This document shows, one piece after another, positions 39,002 through 53,295 of a stretch of 64,000 nucleotides of DNA. The stretch's first letter is position 1; each line of letters begins with the position of its first letter. This DNA is from Camelus dromedarius. Lineage: Eukaryota. The stretch is from NCBI RefSeq assembly GCF_036321535.1, contig NC_087436.1:44270001-44334000 (forward strand), written 5' to 3'. The notes beneath the pieces were generated by a model. It saw only the letters and a list, made by a program, of their open reading frames with translations. It was not told the origin of the DNA and made no database searches. A program made the translations under genes and the position numbers.

Positions 39002-41029
39002 GATCAAAAGCCCTAATAAAACAATCAGGAGGCAAAATCAGATCTGTCATATATACCAGATCTGCCATCTTGAGAAAACTAAGGGGACCTCTATTTCCTA
39101 GACAGTCCAGAAAGGATATCTTATTTTGGGGGGACATTATTTCCTTTTAAAATGTAAACTTAGGTAAATCTCAAGGTGACTAGAGCAATACGAGAAATAA
39201 ATTCTTCTAGTATCATACCTTGAAATGCTTGCAAGATTTTATATGGAGTCTTCAGATGCATGAAAATAATCAGTTAAATAATATGAAATTTTCATTGATA
39301 AAAACTATTAATAATGGTTAGCTTTGCAATTATTCACATACTGGGGAACAAATGCAGCAATATTAATTTGTCTTCATCATCGTATGTTCAGACTTAATTA
39401 AGCCAAGTGTAAACAATATCCTTTGATTAAATAATATGGATTGATTTAGAACTCAGAGATTCTTAATTCAAAATAATAATAACATGTAAAAGGGCTCTGA
39501 CTTTTATGTGCCATTACTTTTTCTTCTGTTATAGTTTGTGTTGAAACTGGGAAAGTAGCCTTCTTTGTGAAATTTCCTGGTTTCCAGATTAAGGGATTAC
39601 AGATTAACTTTTTTGAAAATAGATAGTTATGAAGTAACTTGTTTTGTAATTGTATTCCCCAGCTTTCTATTTCTGGAATGTCCAAATTTATGAAGAATAT
39701 ATTATTTAATACTTACGACACATTTTCTAAATCACACTGCTGCAACTAGGCAACTGTTCAAAAGTAAGTACTAGATTTATTAGCAGCTATTTTCACAAAG
39801 ATTCCATTTAATAATGTTGGTGTACCCTCTGTAATTTATTTGATTAATAATATTTGATTTGAACCCAAATGATGACTTTTCACATATATGACAGAACTAA
39901 TGAACTGTGAAAGAAAAACCGTTCAGATGGTCACCAATAACCACTGCTTTGTTAATCCTTTAAATAAACTGGAGCTCACAATGTGTCCCTTTGAAGTCAT
40001 AAATAATGTATATTTTTCTTTTGACTTTTAATAAGCCAGTAGGGTTCATCTCACAGTCTCCAAACACATATATTTTATTATGGGCCTCTGCAGTTTACTT
40101 TAATTAGTGTGTCTGAGTGCTTTGGGAGACTTAGCCCTACTGAAAACAAACAGAGTCTTACCATCTATAAAACATTAGCTCCCTTTGGTTTATCCTGACA
40201 CAGCGGGGGAGGCTCAGTGAGAAACACATGGTGTAAGTAAACACTCATAATTGCATTAGCATTCTCTGGTGGATTGGTAATTCAAGCTCTGTTCCATGAT
40301 ATTGTAAGAGCAGTTAGAACAGGTTTACCAATCTTGTGGTCTGTTGGGGATTTCATCAAATTCCATGTGAACAGAACTTTAAGTGACAAATCTACTGGAA
40401 ACAGAGTAGGAGAGAAAGAGGCATGCTGTGAAATGGAAGCTTAGTATAGGCAATACAGTTCTGTTTTACTTCTGATTTAGCTGTGAGGTTTTTCAGTTCT
40501 AGTTGCCATTTCTTTTCCCATGTTATTTAATATCAAAATCAGTTTCAGTCTGTTCTTTGGACATGGTTGGTCTGTTGACTTTGTACAATAATATATAAGA
40601 TAACTGACTAATTCATTAAAATTTTCAGCTTTTAAATATCTATTTTGATATAATTATACTCAAACATACTTGCCAATAAAATAACCATGTGACTATTGAT
40701 GGGATGATTGTATTATTTTTTAAAAGAATTAATTTGTAGATAAACTTGTATGTTTTGTAGAGATATTTTGTATGTAGAAGCCTAGTGTACATTATCAATC
40801 TTATGCTTTTAATTTTAACCTTCTAGCAGTTGCACAGACTAATAAATGACCAATATATATGGAAGGGTAACAGGAATGTAAAATATTCCCTAGTGGGATG
40901 AATCTGATGTACCTGGATTAAAAAAAACTGAAGTTGCGTCAATAAGCACAAATGGTTTGGCTATTTGAATGTCTTGACCAATGGAAAATTATTCAATTTA
41001 CCTATTTTTATATAACTTTTTTTGTGAGG

Positions 41030-41055
41030 TTTTTTTTTTTTTTTTTTTTTTTTTT
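41030..41055. repeat. Poly(T) tract
   Basis: Direct reading. Confidence 0.9.
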
Positions 41056-41233
41056 ACTGCTTTTGGATTTACTTCGATTTTGTTTTTCTTTTGGCTGATT
41101 TTGGTCATGTTAGTCAAAATAGGCAAACTAGTTTGCACAGGGTTCCTCTCAGGTACTTCAGAAGAAAAGAAGTCACATCAAAATTTTGATTGAAATGACT
41201 GATTATTTAGTGTCCTATGTATTGCAGTCCGCA

Positions 41234-41539
41234 CAAATGTTGTTCCTTGGAAATACAATGCACAAAATATAATTCTACATTTTCTAGTGGCCATATAAAA
41301 AAAGTAAAAAGAAACACGTGAAATAAATTTTGCTAATATATTGTTTAACCTGATAGATCCAAAATATTATTATTTCAACATGTAATCAATGTAAATGAGG
41401 ATATGTTTTATAGTTTTTGTACTAAATCTTTGAAAACCAGGGTACATTTTGCTCTTAAAGCACACTCATTTTGGGCTGGCTACATTTGAAATGCTCGATA
41501 GCCACATGTACCAGAGGTTGCCATATTAGACGGTACATG
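41234..41539. mobile_element. MER33-like hAT-Charlie element
   Basis: tttctagtggccat..aaaaagtaaaaagaaaca..tgaaat...atccaaaatattat..tttcaacatgtaatcaat...atgctc.atagccacatgt. Confidence 0.85.
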
Positions 41540-44500
41540 TTACACCTCTTCATTAAGGTGGAATAAATGGCTGGTGAAAAAAAGATGTAATTATTTTTTT
41601 TTAATTGCAAAAGTCCATATTCCTTATTATGTATACATTTCCGTAAGTATTTTTCTCTCTCTAACTGAAATCTCTAGTCTGATTTATAAATTGTAATTTT
41701 CCTATTTTATTCTACCCTCTTTTCTAAGGCCTGATGTTATTTAATTATTTGCTCTCACTGTTTTACATTTTGAAAACTATTTGGATAGTATGAATTCTTA
41801 AGGATGTCATTTTTCACACTGATGTCTGTGATGGCAAATTGTGCTATTATTGGTATGAAACTTTTTTACCTAACAAGTAATGAAATGAGTTAATGTGCAA
41901 AAGACTTTCAAATATAGGAAAGCAGCTGATTATGTTTTTTAGATTCTACTGTACTGTTTTTGGATTGTTCTCATTGATGAAGTCCTCAGTTTAAAGACGT
42001 GAATTGCCTGCTATTGAAGTATTGTGAAAGAGAAAATTTTGGGGATTCAAAATTTGTTAGAGTAAATAGCAGAACACTATGAATTATTTTTCCTCCCTAA
42101 TTCCCATGTTTTAGAAGCTAATTTACTTCCTATATAGAACATATTTTAAAAATTTGTTTCCTATATTGGAGGGTTTATAGTTTAATGTAAATCCTATTAC
42201 TTAAGAAAAATTTCTTCAAAGTATCATTTTATATTTAAGGGGAAAAATCTAAGGTTGAGTCTTATTGATAATCAATAAGTAGGCAAATCAAAAGAACACT
42301 TACAATTTCAGATCCATAACTTGGTATATATGCAAAGATATTTCTACATGGTTTTACCTATTCAGTCCTATACGTATTCTATCTATACCTGTTTTTTATT
42401 AATTCAACTTAAAGGGCACACATATTTGAATATTTTCAAATATTTTATAGTATAAAAGATCATGCAATATTTATATCTTTAGATGAAATTTAAAAAATGA
42501 AAATTATCAAAATACATTCTGGAAAATCTTAAAAACTTATATGATGGTTCAAATCATTATTTGATTTGTTGAGCCAATTTCAGTCAAAATGTATTTATTT
42601 ATCAGGTTTTGCTGGTCACATTTCTCTATGGCTATAATTGATGTCATATTTTTAAATACATAAGTGTTTTCAATTTTTTTCTTTTAATTTATTTATACAA
42701 TGTAAATTCAAGTGTATATTTAAAAATTTTATATATAACTGCACCCTATATAATGTGTAAAAAATATAATGTGTAGAAAATATATATTTTACACATTATA
42801 TAGTCTTTAAACATGTAAATAAAATAAAAATGTATCATTTATAAGGTGAAAGTATAGGCTATATTTAACTTGCATCACAGATGTACTTAAACTATATGTA
42901 AATTTTTCATGTCATAATGTATTCTGAAGATTTTTTACATAAAATCTGACATGAGATTTATTACTCAGATATTTTATTATTTCATTGTAAATATTTAATT
43001 GGCAAATCTCTAATTTTATATTGACTCCTGGAAATGTCTTTTGAATTATCATATTCAAAATTATATTCATATATAATCTTATTACATAACATTTAATTTC
43101 TTAGAAATGAAAGTTTGATAATATATCTAATTCAATAGAATGATGTTCCATTTTTTAAACATCTAAACTATTAGATAGGACATAATTATACAGTATTAAA
43201 ATTTTCTCATGTTATGAGGCTTACTAAAGGATATGTCACTATACATAACTTATCTTGAAAGTCATAACACAAACTTTGTTTTGAAAAGATTTTTTCAAAT
43301 GAAAATTTAATTGGTAGAACAACCTACTTTATGTTTTTCTACAATTTTATGCAGGTTCTTTGTTTATGTATTCTGATTATTAAAATCTCACAAAGGAAAT
43401 CAATCTGTCAGACCTTTCAATATTTTATTTGATAACTAAATGAATAATGCGAAATAGTTCTTTGAATTATCTCTGTAAACTTGTTCCCAGTGATCTTCTC
43501 TAGGAGTAGAAAGCAGGTTTGCTTTGAAATTGCTCAGTGTTTGCCTGCTGCCAAGGCTGAACTGCCTGATAAGCACACCCACCGGCTTAAGCAAGGTGCC
43601 TGACTGACTAGAATGGTTGGTGAGGAATCAAAAATATGCTTTAATCCAGTGTTCATTTTCATATCACAAAAGGTGTTACAGAATGATTGCCATTCGCAAA
43701 AGAAAAAGGCAAGCACAATTAAAAGCCCGGTTCCTAATCCCTTTTGCCTGGGTTTAGAACCAGAGCCAAAAGAAATAGTGTTTTAACAGGTACAAATGCC
43801 CTCAGGGGGAAGCACACCCCGACCACCTAGCTGGTGAGATGAAAAGATACCATGATTCAGTTGTATCAGTGGCCAACAAATTGTGCCCCAACTGCTGTGG
43901 CTGACAAGAGACCACAGAACTAGTGGGTGGCCAACAAGAGTTCTTTTGTGTGACACTGGGCAGACAAGCACTGCAGCCAATCAAATACTTTCTTTTCTGC
44001 TCGTAGCTTCTGTCTTAACAGCCAAGACCTAGATCAGTACGTGAGAAAATTGTAGAGTGCCTGACATTTGTGTGGAAAGCTCTTTCCAAATGATTGAAGG
44101 GCAGTCTGAGCTGCTAACCACTAATTAACCTAATTGACACCAAATTGAAAGGGATGAGTCAGCTGTTGGAGAAACAGTGCCTAATGGTAGTGTTGTGTCT
44201 CAGCTGCTTGAATGAGAAGTGATTATTAATTGTACCCTGTGGAAAGAGTAACTGCTGCATTATATTAATATGAGGGAAGTAGAGGATTAAACTGTTTATT
44301 AATCTGTCTGTAAGCTTGCCCCACTCTGCTGGCACTCTTGTCATCAGGAATAGCTGACCCCAGTTGGGTTAAGTGACTAAGCTCTACTATTTCTCCAGAG
44401 AGGATTTTGCAGACAGGTTGAATTGCAAACCATTCAGTTTTCTGAGAGAACCAATACTGCTAAAATATATCTAAAATTGAAGACAAAACCTAGTAACTCA

Positions 44501-46781
44501 ACAGTGGATACTGAATAAGTGCCCACTTGAAGAACACAAGCTTTTGTGCTTAGTATTATTTTTTGAACACGAGAAAACAGTATTTTTAATTAATCAGGAA
44601 AAATTTATCTTCTATCCTAGATATTAATTTTCAATTACTGAATATAATAATTGGTCAGTAAGTGTTATGGAGGAAAGGAGGGAGGGAATCTTGGAGGTAC
44701 TACAAGCCACAGATTCATATATGACCAAACACTTGAAAAGTAAATTGACTTTAGTTGCATTTGTCTCCTTAAATTGAGCGATTAATTTCTGGAACCAAAA
44801 TCTAGAAGGTTTTTGGAATGCACCTCCTATTGTCTAGGAAGGCTGTAGTTTTATCTTTCCCTGTAAACTTTTAAGGATTCCATTGCTTCTTAACAAAGAT
44901 GAGATGTTGCCTCTGTTTGTAGTTGTGGCTTTAGAAGGGTCTCTACAGGTTATATGGAGTTTTGGTAAATTCACAATAGTTGTAGGAACAATAGAGAAGC
45001 TTCTGCTTTCTCCAATGTGTTTGAGACTTTCAATTCCAAAGGAAATTACTGAATTAAAATAGGGCACAGGGAAAACAACAGATCTAATCAAAACTTCTAA
45101 AATTTACTTAGGAAAGCTCCTCAGAGAAGACAAAATTCAGTCCTACTAAAACAACAACAATAACCACAAAGTTAATAAAGATTTGGTCTAGCAGTTGAAA
45201 AATAGAATTATGTTTTCTGGTCCCTAACAAGATGCAGAATTGAATGGTGTTATGTTAAATGTAGTCGATTTTCAAGATGGCAATGAGATGTGTTCTAAGT
45301 GAACATCTTTTCAATTAGATTGGATATCAAAGTGCATTTAGATTCCCGAATAGTGACTTTGATCTTACAATATCCATTTATTCATTCACTCGTTTACTTG
45401 TTAATTCAGTGAAGTTCCTTTCGCATGTATTCAGGTATATAAATCTCTGGGCTAAAGGTCAGATTAGCTCATCAGAGACTATTAATTTGTAATGTAGGTT
45501 AAATCATTGTATTTCCAAAGCAAATGGTCGAAAATAATTGTAATGCTGCTTACAAAATAAAAGGATGCAATTTGGGATGCTTTCCTGCATTTTTAATAAA
45601 AAACATGAAATTATAGAATTTCCCCCTCCTTAGAAATCTTCTTATTTTCCACATGAACTCAAGGAAGAACAGATCTACAAGTATCAAAACACATGGCAAT
45701 ATAAGGCTGGTTGTTGGTTTCCCAGCTGGAGGAAGATTCCTAGTGGAGATTACTTATTTCAGTGGTAATGTGATTATAGGGCTGGTGAAGAGAAAAAATA
45801 AGGCAGAGGAAGTGTTGGGAGAGTAGAAAATTAGAAAACGAAAAGTACTCCAGTGTAATTCTAAGCCAGATTCTTTCATCTGTTACCATTTTTCAGATAA
45901 TCACCTGGCCTCCTGGCATACAGGCAGGTTCTCCTGGTGAATCCCAGCCTGGAGGTTTGGAGCAATAGTGGCAGGACAAAGAAGGCAATGATTTTGGACA
46001 ATTTTAGGAATATGGTATTTCCCCCTACCTGTAGTTTAGCAACTTAATTATTCCACTGGTAAATTCAGAAACACTTCCAGAGTATTCTCTTGCATAAATC
46101 GCTTTCATATTATTTCTATTGCAAATAGCTGAGGATACACTATGGATATACAGTTATATTATGGATACTTCCTTCTAAAGGACTGTCCATAAAAGGTATC
46201 ACCAGATAGAGAGAGGAGTGAATGTTCATTTACTTATTCAACAAACATAGCCATCCATCCCTTCCCTGTGCCAGGCACTTGGCTGTGCGCTTCCCACGTG
46301 AAACCATTCCTAATGGCCCCACATGTGAGGAGATGGAAAAGAACTTCGGTTGGAGGCTCTGAAGTCACCACAGCCTTGCATGTTGAAATGTGCCTTGCAG
46401 AGTAATTATAGTTGTTTACCTTCCTCTTGACTCGTCTGGATGCTAGGAAACAGCAGCAACTGCTCTGGGCCTGAAGAACAACCATGCAAGTTGCCTTTTC
46501 CGTTCCTTTCCTTTTTTATTTTCCCCAGACCATGGTGTTGTCGAGATGTGCAAAGTGAAGAGGGAGAATTTGGGTCTTTAATATCATGGGTTCAGAGGAA
46601 GAGGTTTAAGATCAAAAGTTCAGCAGAAAGTTAGACTCTGTTTTCCAAAGACGACGGGAAAGTGATGGGAAGAGGGAGAGGAAGGGTGATAACTAGGGTG
46701 CTTTTAATTTTCTTGGTAATCGTGATTACAGCCATTTGGAGCAAAAAGTTGGAATGTCACTGAATTTCAAAGTTATATATT

Positions 46782-46991
46782 CAAGATTGCTACGAAATGG
46801 CTCATAGATGCTCTCAGGAGCTCGTTGTGCATATCCCTTCCCAATTCTGAAGTCAGTGACCTCTTTCAGTATCTTGAAATTGGCCATAGTGGGAATATTT
46901 ACTCCCTGGAAATTGAAAAGTGCTACAAATCGGGGCTGGGCTTCTCCCCACCCAGAGAGCTGGTTGTGAACCATTGACCAGCATACCACTG
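46782..46991 (+). mobile_element. MER63A-like hAT element
   Basis: ttgtgcatatcccttcccaa...cttgaaattggccat.gtggga.tattta...gagagctggttgt...accagcataccactg. Confidence 0.85.
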
Positions 46992-47779
46992 ACTGTAAGA
47001 GATTTAGGATCTCAGTGAATCATTCAGCCACGTACAACCACACGATGACAAGTTTCTGCAGTGAGCACTTAGCTACTGATACAGTATAAATCCAGTCTAA
47101 GTCACTCCAAGACACTGGGAAACCCAGCTACTGCAGTTGCCACATCAATGATACATGGACAGGTAATATGGCAATTGTTAATTGCGTCACACTCAGGTTT
47201 TTGGTATAAATAAAAACAAAACCACAAGTAGATGGGAACTTTTAACATTAAACAAAACACTTCATTGTTCATAACATTATCCGTATTTAAGGAACTTGTT
47301 TCAAAGTAAAGCATTGCTAATATCTTAATGGAGAGACATTTTTGAAACAAGAAGCAAAAGAAAAAAATGTATGCTGAAAATTGATAGTGCTCTCTTTTGA
47401 CAAGCTACAAATAGGGGTATTTCTGGTTTTGTTTATGAAAATTTTACAGAATAAACTTATCTGAATCCTTAATGAATAGAGATATTAATACACTTTATTG
47501 GCCTTGTTTTTCTTTTTTCTTTTTAGGTTTTCTGGTTTAGTGGCTTCCATGATTCTTACTGTGATAGTTTTAACTTGACAAGGTCTTCTAATCTCATTTC
47601 CATAAAAATTGCCTAGACGAATGTAGAACTGTATACTTTGTATAAAGTTGTATACCTTGTATACCTTGGATTGGAGCTAACAGAAATTTATTTTGGACCA
47701 AAAAATATTGTCTCTTTGATGTTGTGGCTCTCTTACAGTTTCTTGAGTAAGTTTAAAAATACTTGAGAGTTAAGGTATA

Positions 47780-47945
47780 TATAGGTATTTAATTACATAT
47801 ACATTATCTAATATATATTGTTTGAGCACAGAAAACAAGAAGAATGTATATTAACATTCAGGTGATGGGGAAGGGGATGAGTTTATTTTTTTTTCAATTT
47901 ATACATTTATGTTGTCTGAATTGGTTACAATAAATATATATTAGT
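47780..47945 (+). mobile_element. Old L1 (L1ME-like) 3' end fragment
   Basis: gcacagaaaac...ggtgatgggg...ttttatacattt..gttgtctgaatt..ttacaat. Confidence 0.45.
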
Positions 47946-50377
47946 TAAATACTTTCAAGTTTCATTTTTTCAATGCTCCCCTCACTTATCCCTCCCAAAT
48001 GCAGAAAGAAATGCAGTGAAGGAAGAAAGATAAGAAGAGACTGCAGTATATAAATGATTTTGTGTTTTTTGCTTTTATTTGTTAAAAGAAACACGCACAA
48101 GATTTTTTTATGCTTTCAAAAATCTAAATCATTATTTCTATTGTTATTTTTATACCAATAAAAATAATCATTACATCTATTTCCCCAATGAAATTTTGGC
48201 AGAAGTATTTGTTCTGCTCTGCTCATATGCTGATGTTTATATGGACATTTTCATTAGTCTAGTTTTGAACTGAAATTTATTATTCTGTTGAGAGTTTCTT
48301 ACCTTGAAATCTTAGCAGCATAGACCAATATGCCTAACTGAAATAGTTTGCATAGTCATACTTTTGTCTGTCATCTGGTTTGTAAAGCAAGGAAAAATAC
48401 AGTTGAAATGGTTTTATTTATTCTAGTTCCGGAGGATTACTAAAGTTTTTATGTTGACACAATATGAATTGTAGAGGTAATATTCTTCCATTTTTATAAA
48501 AAAATTTGAGTAATTCAAGTGACAGTTGAAACAGGCAATGGGGACACATCCAATAAAGGAAGATTCCAAACCTTACTATAGTTTATGCACCTTTTAAGGA
48601 GATGAAAGTAACATTTTAAAGTTTCGGGTCAGAAAAACATTTTGAGGTGTGCCATTACCATATCACCTCAGCTTTTTTCATTCAAGAGCTATTTCAGATC
48701 TCTTTGCGGTATGTTTGGCAATACACTTAAAAGATTACTACTTAAGCTACTAATAATCTGGCTTCAAGCAATTGTCTGTCTGTCTATCCAGCTGTCTATT
48801 CTTTCTTCTGTTTTCAAAAACCCCCAGATGAACAGCATGAAACACAACAACAACAAAAAAGGAAGAAACCATAATCCTGCTTGGAGTTTTTCCCCTCAGC
48901 TTTCAGACAGCTGTGATGTTACTAGAAGGCTAATGTACTCTGGGCTCTATTTAAACCCTCATTTTTAAGGTTTTTTGGTGGGGGGGAATGGGTTTGGGTG
49001 GAGATAGGGGACAGGAGGTATTGTGGAATGGAATTATTTTGAAATTTCCATGACCTCTTTTGTATTTTAATCTGTCCCTTTCAGTGTTTTAATTTAGATT
49101 AGGGAAGACAAATCTCTTTAGAGCTTTGAAGGTTATTTTTAGTTAACTCGATGGAATATTACTCTCATGATCCAGTTAAGGACAAAACTAATTTGGGTTG
49201 TAGTAAGGACAGAGGCAATTTACAAGGTAATAGACATCTTGTTAGCTTTGACCTTCTCGTTGCCAAAGTGTCATATTGTATCTGTATTTTATTTCTAAGG
49301 ACTCATATAGTCTAGTTGGCATTTATTTAAATTTATTTGATTTTAAAAAGAAGTATAATATTCACTTAAATTATAAAAAACAGAAAATATGAACAATTAA
49401 TAGATGATTCAGTTCTATCATATTTGAATTTTCTTTGCTTGAATAGGCAGTCATGAAACATTTTTTACTTTTCCTATTAACACTAGTGTTAAAAATTACA
49501 GAGTACATCAATAACCTAGAATTCTCTGGTGCATGATAAAATATTCTTATATTGATGTTTAATGAAGCATTTTCATTTATATTTTTATAGCATTTTCATT
49601 TCATTGCTGTAAAGTAACTGACTATACACTATATATACAATACAGAATACTAAATGTATATGTGTGCACATATATATGTAGTGAATACATATGTTATACG
49701 TATCATACTTGAGTGCATATATATATCTAGTGTTTATGTATATTATTAATGGTCCTAAACATTCTGTTTTAACCTTAGATATTAAACATAGGAGGCCAGT
49801 TCTTCCTATTTTTCTACGTCTCTCAATCCCTCAAACATGGAAGAGATATTCAGTTATATCTGATTACTTGATTGATGGAGTATTTGTCTCTAGTGAGCTG
49901 TGTGGTCTTCAGTAAGTCAAGTTTCCTCTTGTTAAAATGAAGTCAGTTCTGTAGGATTCCTAAGATTCTTTCTTATCCTTGGGTTCTCAGTTATTAGCCC
50001 TAAATTTGAGTTAATATAAAACAGTTTCTTGAAAAGTATGTAAGTGAAATATTTGACCAGGTAAGATGATGTACTTAAGATCTCTAAAACATGACCAAAA
50101 CAGCAGAGACCGTGGAATATAGATTGCACCATAGAAAAAGACTGCAGTGTAATTTTTTGTACTTAGTCACTTCCCTTCTCATTACTCATTGTCCCCTGGT
50201 AGATGCTCCCTTCCAAGGTGACTTCTTTTCTTCTGTTCTTCTCCAGCTTATGGGAATCACTCATTTCCCAGCTCCTCTCAGGTCTGCAATTTCTAGGAGC
50301 AAGAGCATCTTTTCATTTACCACATACCTGGTCATCTACTAGGCAGTTTCCCTATGGACTGATCTTTTGTCAAGAAA

Positions 50378-51012
50378 CTGGGGATTTGATAGGTCTTGGT
50401 TATAAGGCTGGAAGTTTATGCAATCTACGAGGCCTTCTTTTAGAAAAATACAAGATTAGGTACAAAGGGAAGCATTTATTTACAATGAGCAAAAGTCTAA
50501 CAAATTTCAAATGTTGAAAATACGGCAAATACCACAAAATCTATTAGAAAAGCATAATTATTTTCATTGACTGCCACACGTTTATATCTTTTCCCTACAT
50601 ATTTGGCTGCATATTTTTGGATTGCCTCTTCATATTATAGAGCAATAGTATATTACTAATTTCTATAGAGAAAATGAAAACATAATTTTATCTTTTCTCT
50701 GGCATAGTAGATCAAATTTTTTTTAATTGACAGTTTACAAAAAGTTTCTTTCCACCTCACATCATGTTATTGATAATCTAGTGTATATATTTAAGGTTGT
50801 TAAATTTGAGAAAACTTCTGTCAAGTTTCTTTTATGAGTACAGCAGTTAAGTTTTCAGATGTGAGAGATTTTCTTGTGCAGGGGCCAATCTTAAATCTCT
50901 TCTAATTGATGACATTCTTTATCCACACTGCTAAAGGCCCTTCTAGGAGTCCTCATGTAGTTATGATGTGCAGAAGCTTAAATATTATTTCTTCAAGGTG
51001 ATTCCGTCACTG
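50378..51012. mobile_element. hAT-Tip100 (Zaphod/MER115-like) DNA transposon remnant
   Basis: aatacaagattaggtacaaa...atttatttacaatgag...gcaaataccacaaa; right end agaagcttaa...ggtgattccgtcactg. Confidence 0.65.
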
Positions 51013-51019
51013 GTGATAA

Positions 51020-51210
51020 TGGTGACAAAGACAAGACTTTGGAGTTAAACATATGCATGTTCAAACTTCAGCTTTACTACATATTAGCTATGTGACTTTA
51101 GAGAAATTATTTCACTTCTTTGAGCTTCAGTTTCCTCAGTTCTAAAATGGGAGTATTCAACAGTATCAATCTCACTGGATTGTTTTGAGTATTAAAAGTA
51201 ATAGTGTGTT
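51020..51210 (+). mobile_element. MIR SINE
   Basis: tagctatgtgacttt...ttgagcttcagtttcctca..tctaaaatggg. Confidence 0.8.
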
Positions 51211-51480
51211 CTCTGAAACCGTTAGTTCCTTCCTTCACCCTCTCCTTCACAATATTTTCTAACCCGAATTTTAGCAAGGCTTTTTGGAAATTAGGTCTTC
51301 ATGTCAAAAATTTTTTTTTTTAATCATCATGTCTAGCTAACTGTGAAAGATATTTGGCAAAAATTGGGATTTTTTTCTTAAAGATATTATACTTTGAGTG
51401 CCTATATATAGCAGCTGCCTGCTCATGTATTATTTCAGCTCACATATCTTGGGCTTCCTTGTCTATCAACCATATCTGTA

Positions 51481-51500
51481 CACACACACACACACACACA
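51481..51500. repeat. (CA)10 microsatellite
   Basis: Direct reading. Confidence 0.95.
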
Positions 51501-52603
51501 ATCACTCTCTCAGATGACTGTCTCCTTTTCTAATGGTATCTAAATATAGTTATTTATGAATAAATGAATGAGTGGCCTCATATAACCTTACAACAGTTTG
51601 GATAGACAAGCTGACCTTACTTTTTACAAGTAAGGCCTCTAATAGATAAACCCACCTATGTATGTTAGCATAGTTCATAAGACCCTATCAAATAAGATCT
51701 TTTTAAATTCTTCCTCTTTTGCATCTTACATCCTGCACAGATTTTGATGCTCTTCAAGTCACTCCTTATAAGTAGATGCCTAATCCATACACTCTGCATT
51801 GGTCCTCCTGAAATATATTTTAATCTTTAAGTATCTCTTTTTGATACATTACATTCATTACTAGTCAACTGTAACATAAGAAAATCATGCATTTACTTTG
51901 TAAAGAATTTAGTGTGGTCTTTTTAAAAAATCATCTCCACAATTTCTATTACTAAACAATTTTACTCAAATACCTCTCTACAAATATTACTCTCTGAAAG
52001 TTTATTTAAATTATTTAAATTAAAACTCTGAAAGTTTATTAAATTAAATTATCTGTAATGATTGAGGAATGGGCATTTTTGTTAAATGAATATCTTGTTA
52101 ATGTATAAGTTACTGTATACAGTTCATGGATTGCCACTTTTCTTAAAAGTATAATGAACATTGCAATTACAGTTAATGTAAATTTACTTTGATAATGTAG
52201 AAAACAACTTGGTCCTCTTACTCACAATATTCATAATTACTAACTAATGTTATACTTCAGATATAATAATAGATTATTGAAGTAATAACATAAGTAAATA
52301 AGAATAAAAAGTAAATGTTTAACTTTTTTATGCCACTGCCACAGTTTCTGGTAGAAAAATTCCCTTTCCTTAGCCACTTTAGTAACCTGATCTCTCTCCC
52401 TTAGACTTTTGTGGGGTGACATCAAAACTATTGTATATGTTTCAATACCTCATTCTTATAATCATGTTAAAACTAGGATTACAAATGCAATCCTTGTAAT
52501 TTATTTTTACACAGTTTGAAAATTGGCTACAGCAGTGTGTAGTATATAACATAGTGATTATGCTAAACTTTAATAAGACATCAATATTTTTAAAAACTTA
52601 ACC

Positions 52604-53295
52604 TTTTTTATTGAAGTACAGTCAATTACAATGTGTCAATTTCTGGTGTACAGCACAATGTTCCAGTTATATATATACCTACATAAATTTGTTTTCATAT
52701 TCTTTTCCATTAAAGGTTATTACAAGATATTGAATATAGTTCCCTGTGCTATACAGAAGAAACTTGTTTTTTTAGTCTATTTTTATATATAGTGGCTAAT
52801 ATTTGCAATTCCCAAACTCCCAAATTTATCTCTTCCCACTCTCTTACCCCCAGTAACCATAAGATTGTTTACCATGTCTGCAAGTCTGCTTCTGTTTTAT
52901 AGATGAGTTCATTGCTGTTTTCTTTTTTCTTTTTTTTAGATTCCACATATGAGTGATATCATATAGTATTTTTCTTTCTCTTTCTGGCTTACTTCACTTA
53001 GAATAACAATCTCTATGTCCATCCATGTTGCTGCAAATGGCATTATTTTATTCTTTTTTATGGGTGAGTAGTATTCCATTGTATAAATGTACCAAAATTT
53101 GTTATGGAAAACAATATGGAAATTCCTCAAAAAACTAAAAACAGACATACTGTATAATCCAGCAATCCCACTCCTGGACACATATCCGGAGGAAACTCTA
53201 ATTCAAAAAGATACATGCACCCCAGTGTTGATAGCAGCACTATATATAACAACCAAGACATGAAAACAACCTAATGTCCATTGACAGATGACTGG
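52604..53295 (-). mobile_element. LINE-1 3' end with 5' inversion
   Basis: Antisense L1 at 52604-53094 joined to sense L1 at ~53103-53295; closely similar to 38114-38832. Confidence 0.9.

Noticed and set aside
45897..46015. Strong acceptor followed by a Pro/Gly-rich frame (IITWPPGIQAGSPGESQPGGLEQ*)
   Set aside because: No convincing donor, an early stop, and no sustained Gly-X-Y pattern.
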